A stretch of DNA of 64,000 nucleotides, from the NCBI GenBank assembly GCA_937910305.1, contig CALEPS010000188.1:1095-65094 (forward strand), in the 5' to 3' direction. The translations under genes and the position numbers were made by a program. This document shows positions 58,912 to 64,000 of the stretch, piece by piece. The number at the start of each line of letters is the position of its first letter. Positions within the stretch are counted from its first letter, which is position 1. The notes below the pieces were generated by a model that had not been told where the DNA came from, ran no database searches, and worked only from the letters and a program-made list of their open reading frames with translations. Origin of the DNA: an uncultured Bacteroidales bacterium. GTDB lineage: Bacteria > Bacteroidota > Bacteroidia > Bacteroidales > Paludibacteraceae.

Positions 58912-59583
58912 TTATCCGTTAGGGGTTAATCTTTTCTTGAGTGCAGCAAGCGAAGAATCTATTTTAGCCTGTTCCTGAGCTAATGTGGTCGGAGAAGCTC
59001 CTACTTGCACACCGGTAGTGCCAGCTTGCTCATTCATCTGCTCCACGGCGGCATTGGCATCTCTTATTGACGAGTGATTAGGATTAAACTTACCTAATCC
59101 CGTAGTATAACTGTCCATAATAGCACCTGCAGCACTCGCTGCGTTGGCGGCTAAGTTGGCATACGTCTGATTGCGTGCAGCACGGCGCTCCTGATCGTCT
59201 ATTGCCTTCTGATGGCGCGCTTGCTCGCCCTTGGCTTTATAATAATCGGCGCGCTGGCTGGCTCCTGCCGCCATACTGCCCATCAAGTCCGCACGACCAC
59301 CGGCTACCGCTTTCTGAACGCCTAACGCATATTCAGGCGTAGCACCCGTGATGGCGGCTACACCTCGTGCATTCTCTATCTGTTGTTGTGACTGACGGTC
59401 ATACTGACCAAGGATATGCTCGTTCTCGCTGCGAGACAACGGGTTCTCGTCGGCTTTGGCTTCGTAATAAGCCCGCTGCCGTGCCGCCTCCGCATCCGCC
59501 TCACGCTGCATACGCCTGTTATTGATAACAGAAGCTATACCGCTTACCGCTTGACCTGCCAGTCCTACTAATGCTCCCCACAT
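58912..59583 (-). CDS. hypothetical membrane-anchored A/Q-rich virion (ejection-type?) protein
   Basis: Preferred start MWGALVGLAGQAVSGIASVINN (ATG 59583), a hydrophobic N-terminus, then an A/Q/R-rich helical region. It is the first gene after promoter element copy B. Confidence 0.45.
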   Translation of the reverse strand: MWGALVGLAGQAVSGIASVINNRRMQREADAEAARQRAYYEAKADENPLSRSENEHILGQYDRQSQQQIENARGVAAITGATPEYALGVQKAVAGGRADLMGSMAAGASQRADYYKAKGEQARHQKAIDDQERRAARNQTYANLAANAASAAGAIMDSYTTGLGKFNPNHSSIRDANAAVEQMNEQAGTTGVQVGASPTTLAQEQAKIDSSLAALKKRLTPNG

Positions 59584-59668
59584 AGTTATACTGATTAGAT
59601 GATTTATCTGCCTCTCACCTTGCACGCGCAAGGCAAAAACACAATTTTACTGTTACTTTTGCATATTC

Positions 59669-59718
59669 GGGTGCAAAATTACAATAGTAAACAAATTTTT
59701 GCAGGTCATTTTTTACAA
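59669..59718 (-). promoter_or_regulatory. conserved phage promoter element, copy B
   Basis: See 34118-34167. The -7 box TAATTTTG (CAAAATTA on + at 59674-59681) is preceded by the identical 22-mer TTGTAAAAAATGACCTGCAAAA. Confidence 0.55.
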
Positions 59719-59939
59719 TTTTAACATGCACAGGCGTGCACGTTTATGTATGGTTTATGCGCGTAAAGGTGCAAAAAGGTGCAGTTTTAACGGAGTTTTA
59801 GCAAACAAAAGAGCATAATACAAAGACTGCCGACTTTCACAAGCCTGCAGTCCGAACCAATCTTTTTTGTGGTGCCGTCTTAATCTCATGGAAAAGAAAT
59901 TCATTTAACACACATCCCCCCCCCAGGACGGCTGCGGGG

Positions 59940-60083
59940 TTATTCTCCTTTTGATATTTCTTTGGGTACAAATTCGAAATGCGCTTTCCCTCGTTCTACT
60001 AAGAAACAAGCTAAATCAAAACCAATGTATGTTTCGCGCATTTCTTTCGTAAACTCATGCAATATTTTATCTTCTATATCCAT
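59940..60083 (-). CDS. small ORF (47 aa) below the track cutoff
   Basis: MDIEDKILHEFTKEMRETYIGFDLACFLVERGKAHFEFVPKEISKGE. Its ATG lies 2 nt after the stop of the 60086 gene. Confidence 0.3.
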   Translation of the reverse strand: MDIEDKILHEFTKEMRETYIGFDLACFLVERGKAHFEFVPKEISKGE

Positions 60084-60085
60084 AT

Positions 60086-60409
60086 CTATTCCTCCTTTGG
60101 TAGTTTGGATTCGAGTTCTTTGATATACTTGTCTTTCTTGCGGAGTTGGTCTCTGAGGTCGTAGATTTCATTCCACATACGCTCGATTTTATCATTCCCA
60201 AGTACGGAAACAATCTCCTCTCGCTCACTCTCCCGCAGAGGAATATTAAAATCTTGTAAGCGTCGCTCTCCATATTCGTCCGGAGGTTGCGGAATAGTAA
60301 TTGACATGCACGCTTCCTTTACTCCGGGGAAATTGATTGCTGACACCAAAAAGAAATCTTCAGGGTCTTCAGGGCCTTCAATCTGCATTACTACATGAAC
60401 TTTTTTCAT
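60086..60409 (-). CDS. hypothetical protein
   Basis: A 107-aa acidic ORF in the early-region gene string. Confidence 0.45.
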   Translation of the reverse strand: MKKVHVVMQIEGPEDPEDFFLVSAINFPGVKEACMSITIPQPPDEYGERRLQDFNIPLRESEREEIVSVLGNDKIERMWNEIYDLRDQLRKKDKYIKELESKLPKEE

Positions 60410-60412
60410 AAC

Positions 60413-60958
60413 TCAATATCTAAATTTGGTAAAATGAATAATCGCGAGGGGTTTGGATAGGTCGTAGTTACGGAACCAGTCCTGCCAGTCTTTATACGAT
60501 AGTCCGTCATTCTCTGCAAGTTTGTTAGGAACATAGTCGGCTTTCGTGTCATAATGGCAGTACCTACCGTCTATCGAGAAGTTCCACCAACATTGGCATC
60601 CGTCTCTATCTGAGGCGAATTTAAGTTTCTGTATTCCGATGCCATCATCTTTGGTCAGGCGGCAGATCTCTACCATCTTGGAGCGGTAAGGCTTGCCGGA
60701 CCACTGACGGACTGACAACACCGCTTCGCCGGCGGCTATCTGCTCGAAGCGCTTTTGCCATAGTTTGTAGTTAGCGCGGATAGTGTGGTACTTTTCATCT
60801 CCGTCGTTCTGCTCACCCGGTTCAAACACTTCCTGATGTCTCATGTGGTAAATAGCATTTGCCATCTTCTCCTTGAAATACGTCGGTTCGCCTTTTCTCG
60901 GATGCGTCGCAGGGAATGTCTGCGAAAGGGTCAGATAATAGGTTCTTGGCTTTTTCAT
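60413..60958 (-). CDS. hypothetical protein (possibly ASCH/PUA-like)
   Basis: A 181-aa ORF. The KYHTIRANYKLWQKRFEQIAAGEAVLSVRQWSGKPY pattern is reminiscent of ASCH-type domains. The call is weak. Confidence 0.4.
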   Translation of the reverse strand: MKKPRTYYLTLSQTFPATHPRKGEPTYFKEKMANAIYHMRHQEVFEPGEQNDGDEKYHTIRANYKLWQKRFEQIAAGEAVLSVRQWSGKPYRSKMVEICRLTKDDGIGIQKLKFASDRDGCQCWWNFSIDGRYCHYDTKADYVPNKLAENDGLSYKDWQDWFRNYDLSKPLAIIHFTKFRY

Positions 60959-61353
60959 AACTTAATTCTCTTTTCTGTAATTCCATAAAGCCGCAGCGCA
61001 TGCTGGAGTTCGTGAACGTTTTTTAATTCCATGCCTAAATACTCATCGTCGCCCTCTAATATTCTAATTACGGCGCGACTATCGTACATTACATTCATAG
61101 TTTTGGGGTATTTCCCAAACTGATAGGACATATCTATTTTATCAGCATTCTTCTTTAGTATCTCCGGCGTGATGGGAATCGGTTTCAAACTCTTGGCATT
61201 GAATCTACGGATAGTCTCTTTTCCGTCTATAGTAATCAATCCTGTTACAGTTGGTTCAAGTGAACGGGATGTCTTGTCATTTATAGACATGATTTTGAGT
61301 GGTGTACCTCTCCAGAGTACCCAATCTCCAAACATTAAATCACAAATACTCAT
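60955..61353 (-). CDS. hypothetical protein
   Basis: A 132-aa ORF with 4-bp overlaps at both ends. Confidence 0.45.
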   Translation of the reverse strand: MSICDLMFGDWVLWRGTPLKIMSINDKTSRSLEPTVTGLITIDGKETIRRFNAKSLKPIPITPEILKKNADKIDMSYQFGKYPKTMNVMYDSRAVIRILEGDDEYLGMELKNVHELQHALRLYGITEKRIKL

Positions 61354-61676
61354 ATCTCTTTTGCTTTGTCGGTTAGATAATAGGTGGTGTAGTTTTGTGC
61401 GGGGCGGGAGAGGATGAGACCGGCGGACTCCAAACCCTCCAGCGCAGCAGACAGTTTAGGCTCCGGCCATAACTCACAAACCGCATTGCAGCCCGTAGCG
61501 GTCACACAGGCCGTGGTGGCATCCTCCGCCAGTTCCAGATACACTTCCATCCTCGTGGCGCATTCCGGCACCCGATGAGCCGCCGCCCGCTGCCCAATCA
61601 CGGCACGCAAGGCCTGTAATACTTTCTTTTCGTCACTTGTCATAGCGTTGTATGTTTGTTTAGTTATAAAAGTCAC
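61350..61676 (-). CDS. hypothetical protein (possible winged-helix C-terminus)
   Basis: A 108-aa ORF with ...LSAALEGLESAGLILSRPAQNYTTYYLT. Confidence 0.4.
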   Translation of the reverse strand: MTFITKQTYNAMTSDEKKVLQALRAVIGQRAAAHRVPECATRMEVYLELAEDATTACVTATGCNAVCELWPEPKLSAALEGLESAGLILSRPAQNYTTYYLTDKAKEI

Positions 61677-61760
61677 TTTTGGTGGTCGATGCGCTTCGAT
61701 TGGTCAGTTGATGCGCTTGCGTTCAAAATAGGGTTAGTTGCCGTTGCTCCGCGTCAGGGG

Positions 61761-62069
61761 TTATGACAATACCTCCTTTTCTAATTTTGCTGCGTTTCGT
61801 CTTCCACGCTCTCTCTTTGCGTATGTGCAAATCAAATTGTGGATGGCATTTTCGTACTGATCCTTCAGCTCGTTCTTATCCTTGAAGGTTGTGTTGATAA
61901 AAACTCTACGCACTTCCTGCCATGAGTATCCATATGGATTGTTTTTGTTGTGGTCCCAATGCCACTCATAATTTCCACACACGATAGCCATGCTTCCGTC
62001 TGAATAGGGGACGAGTTTGATAGCATTTTTTGCGGCTTTTCTGAATTTTTTTAATAGTCTTGTGTCCAT
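61761..62069 (-). CDS. hypothetical protein
   Basis: A 102-aa basic ORF. Confidence 0.4.
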   Translation of the reverse strand: MDTRLLKKFRKAAKNAIKLVPYSDGSMAIVCGNYEWHWDHNKNNPYGYSWQEVRRVFINTTFKDKNELKDQYENAIHNLICTYAKRERGRRNAAKLEKEVLS

Positions 62070-62077
62070 TGTTGCTT

Positions 62078-62176
62078 TTATTTCGTTTGATAATACTTCT
62101 CCACCGAGCCATCGGGTATCTGTTTCATACCTTCGAGGCAGTCCATGTTATATATTTTGTCAAGTTCGATAGTCAT
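62078..62176 (-). pseudogene. 32-aa remnant of a DNA methyltransferase N-terminus
   Basis: MTIELDKIYNMDCLEGMKQIPDGSVEKYYQTK*. The IYNMDCLEGMKQIPDGSV segment is the classic stretch that precedes the DPPY motif, and the ORF stops just before that point. Confidence 0.5.
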
Positions 62177-62231
62177 ATCTCAAAATAAACTTAGTTGCCG
62201 TTTGTCAGCCGCAGCCTTTTGCAGCTTCATG

Positions 62232-62942
62232 TCAAAATAATGTTGCTTGTATTAGTTTCTTGCCGTCTGGCATTATAGTGGTGTTTTGACATTGCTCAAG
62301 AAAACGAGCCTCAGCTGCATCAAAATAGCCTTTGTCTATCTCGCAGCCTATATAATCAAATCCAAGTTTATATGCCGCTATACGACTACTTCCGCTACCC
62401 ATGTGACTATCAAATATCAAATCTCCTTCTTTTGCAAATGTCTTTAGAAGCCATCTATAAAGACCTACCGGTTTCTGCGTCGGATGTATCTTCTTTTCCT
62501 TATTATTGCCGCCACGGGTGCTTATCTGCACTATCTTAGCCGGATAATCAAAAGAAGTCCATGCTAACTCTATCTGCGAGAAGTTATCCCAAGGTTGCAG
62601 TTTATCCCAACACACTACGCATCGTGTAGGAGGTAGCGCAAAGTAATTCATACCCCATATTATTTGGTTCTTCGACACACGGCGCAATTCTTCGAAATAT
62701 TCTGCAGTAGGCGGTTTGTAATCCCACACGGCATTGAGATTAGATAGTTTGCCGCAGCCTTGATTCATTCTTTCTTTCTTAATCTTTCTCGCTGTAGATA
62801 CATAACCGCCATATCCACCCATCTGCATGTTAGGAGCGTTGATACCATACGGCGGATCAACAATCGCTAAATCAAAGGTCTTGTCCTTCAGACCACGCAT
62901 GAAATCCATGCAATCTACATTTATTGCAACACTATGTGGCAT
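62232..62942 (-). CDS. DNA methyltransferase (DPPY, N6-adenine/N4-cytosine class)
   Basis: FDLAIVDPPYGI (motif IV) followed by FDSHMGSGSSRIAAYKLGFDYIGCEID (AdoMet-binding motif I). This is the beta-class motif order. Confidence 0.9.
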   Translation of the reverse strand: MPHSVAINVDCMDFMRGLKDKTFDLAIVDPPYGINAPNMQMGGYGGYVSTARKIKKERMNQGCGKLSNLNAVWDYKPPTAEYFEELRRVSKNQIIWGMNYFALPPTRCVVCWDKLQPWDNFSQIELAWTSFDYPAKIVQISTRGGNNKEKKIHPTQKPVGLYRWLLKTFAKEGDLIFDSHMGSGSSRIAAYKLGFDYIGCEIDKGYFDAAEARFLEQCQNTTIMPDGKKLIQATLF

Positions 62943-62997
62943 AACTATGATCAGTTTCTGTTATTCTTCTGTCGTTCTTCTCTCGGTTCTGTCTATG

Positions 62998-63153
62998 TCA
63001 TCGGTCGGTGTAAACAATAGTGTTATGACATCTACACCAATCTGTATTGATAAATACCCAACACCTACCTTCCGTGTTTTTGCCGTGGAGACATCCTATT
63101 GCCGGACATTCACGCTTCTCCTTCTGGTTTATATCGTAAGCACCTCTTGTCAT
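62998..63153 (-). CDS. small Cys-rich ORF (51 aa) below the track cutoff
   Basis: MTRGAYDINQKEKRECPAIGCLHGKNTEGRCWVFINTDWCRCHNTIVYTDR. Its ATG lies 2 nt after the stop of the 63156 gene. Confidence 0.35.
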   Translation of the reverse strand: MTRGAYDINQKEKRECPAIGCLHGKNTEGRCWVFINTDWCRCHNTIVYTDR

Positions 63154-63155
63154 AA

Positions 63156-63677
63156 TTACTTATGTTCTTTCTTCATCCATAGCCGCAGCAGCCCGAGACG
63201 CATAATGGCTATCTGTTCCTCTAAATAAAGACGGTAATCACAATCATTAGAGTTCGTAAACCGTGCAAGGTGCGGTGCGATAAACGGGCGGCTCATCCTG
63301 CCATTTTCGCTATAGAACATTAGTCCGACTGGCGGCAGGAGATTATAGCGTCCACGCAGGTATGGTTCGGAAAATTGGTGTTGCATAAGGAACTCCCAGC
63401 ACTTATCCTTGATGCTCTCCGGCACAACGTAGTACAAGTGTGCCACCTTACCCTCAAAGTGTGTTCCGTCTTTCTTGAAGTCTGCGAGGAAATCCGAATA
63501 CGACCGCTTTATCTCATACTCGGTCATGTAGCCCTGCTTGCTGATCTTCACAAGGTCGGCTTCGTGGCTCTTGAAGTAGCCCCACGACACATTAGGCACA
63601 AACACATTGGCTCTTGCTCCGCCCTCATACTTGATGATGAGCTGCTGAATTTTATCTACTGACAATGCTGTATCCAT
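63156..63677 (-). CDS. PD-(D/E)xK-type nuclease-like protein (MmcB-like)
   Basis: SHEADLVKISKQGYMTEYEIKRS fits a D...E-x-K nuclease core in a 173-aa protein. Confidence 0.45.
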   Translation of the reverse strand: MDTALSVDKIQQLIIKYEGGARANVFVPNVSWGYFKSHEADLVKISKQGYMTEYEIKRSYSDFLADFKKDGTHFEGKVAHLYYVVPESIKDKCWEFLMQHQFSEPYLRGRYNLLPPVGLMFYSENGRMSRPFIAPHLARFTNSNDCDYRLYLEEQIAIMRLGLLRLWMKKEHK

Positions 63678-63678
63678 A

Positions 63679-63996
63679 CTACTTTTTCAGTTCGTCTTTG
63701 TGTTCTAACACATACTTGACTTTTTCGTGGAGGTCACGCTGCGGCTGCGGCTCTTTGTTCTCAATCAGCCAGTAGTAAGCATCGCTCACAATCTCGCTGA
63801 AGTCATCTGCGGAAATGCCGTCGCTATCCGCGCATACCTGCGACATATCGAGCACGCCGACTATCTCATCACAGTCCTTGTGACTACACCAGTCATAAGG
63901 CGGCTCGTTCTCATACTTCAGTGTATGGCGCACGTACTGCTCGCCTTTCTCAATTATGCCACCGCACCAGTCACATCTATGCGGCTTGCGTGCCAC
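63679..63996 (-). CDS. hypothetical protein with N-terminal CxxC (start near the window edge, may be longer)
   Basis: HRCDWCGGIIEKGEQY...WCSHKDCDE. The annotated GTG start is 4 nt from the window end. Confidence 0.4.
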   Translation of the reverse strand: MARKPHRCDWCGGIIEKGEQYVRHTLKYENEPPYDWCSHKDCDEIVGVLDMSQVCADSDGISADDFSEIVSDAYYWLIENKEPQPQRDLHEKVKYVLEHKDELKK

Positions 63997-64000
63997 AGGG

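Larger units (their letters stand above)
16253..64000. mobile_element. prophage integrated next to or into the 3' end of tRNA-Val (right end beyond the window)
   Basis: A tyrosine integrase sits directly downstream of the tRNA. It is followed by about 47 kb of tightly packed phage genes (portal, endolysin, DGR, capsid, terminase, giant virion protein, methyltransferase). I did not notice a second copy of the tRNA 3' end in the window. Confidence 0.85.

Noticed and set aside
16253-64000. Search for attR, a second VR/target gene, CRISPR arrays or rRNA in the window
   Set aside because: I noticed no second copy of the tRNA-Val 3' end, no second TR-like segment, no spacer-repeat arrays and no rRNA-like sequence. 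An exhaustive computational repeat search was not possible, so absence is provisional.

Overview
The window has two parts. Positions 1-16.25 kb are Bacteroidales chromosome, recognised by TAnnTTTG promoters, T9SS-type C-terminal tails and lipoproteins. This part carries infC (partial, non-ATG start), a lipoprotein, a PpiD-like chaperone, an AmpG-like MFS transporter, pssA, a secreted endonuclease I, two paralogous PKD-domain surface proteins flanking an OmpA-family protein, a PAP2 phosphatase and tRNA-Val(UAC). From the tRNA 3' end to the right edge (at least 47.7 kb; the right junction is not in the window) lies a prophage. Its genes in order are: a tyrosine integrase; a block of small unknown genes; a P22-type portal; a lysis cassette (M15 peptidase plus membrane and lipoprotein partners); a complete diversity-generating retroelement (target gene with VR, avd, TR, RT); head and tail genes (capsid, scaffold); an oppositely oriented terminase block; a 16.4-kb gene for a 5,464-aa polyvalent-type virion protein; more virion proteins; and an early region with a DPPY methyltransferase, a PD-(D/E)xK protein and small ORFs. 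The most unusual signal is inside the giant gene. It contains a tandemly duplicated HExxH module. Each copy is followed by a low-complexity linker that is fully overprinted, in the +1 frame of the same strand, by one of two paralogous small ORFs with a ribbon-helix-helix-like pattern. Other notable points are the 14/14 adenine-specific TR/VR differences of the DGR, a 52-bp promoter element present twice, periodic TTGCAC-type sites near the integrase, and two promoter-plus-hairpin units that may encode small RNAs. All functional calls come from motif reading by eye. No database search was possible.
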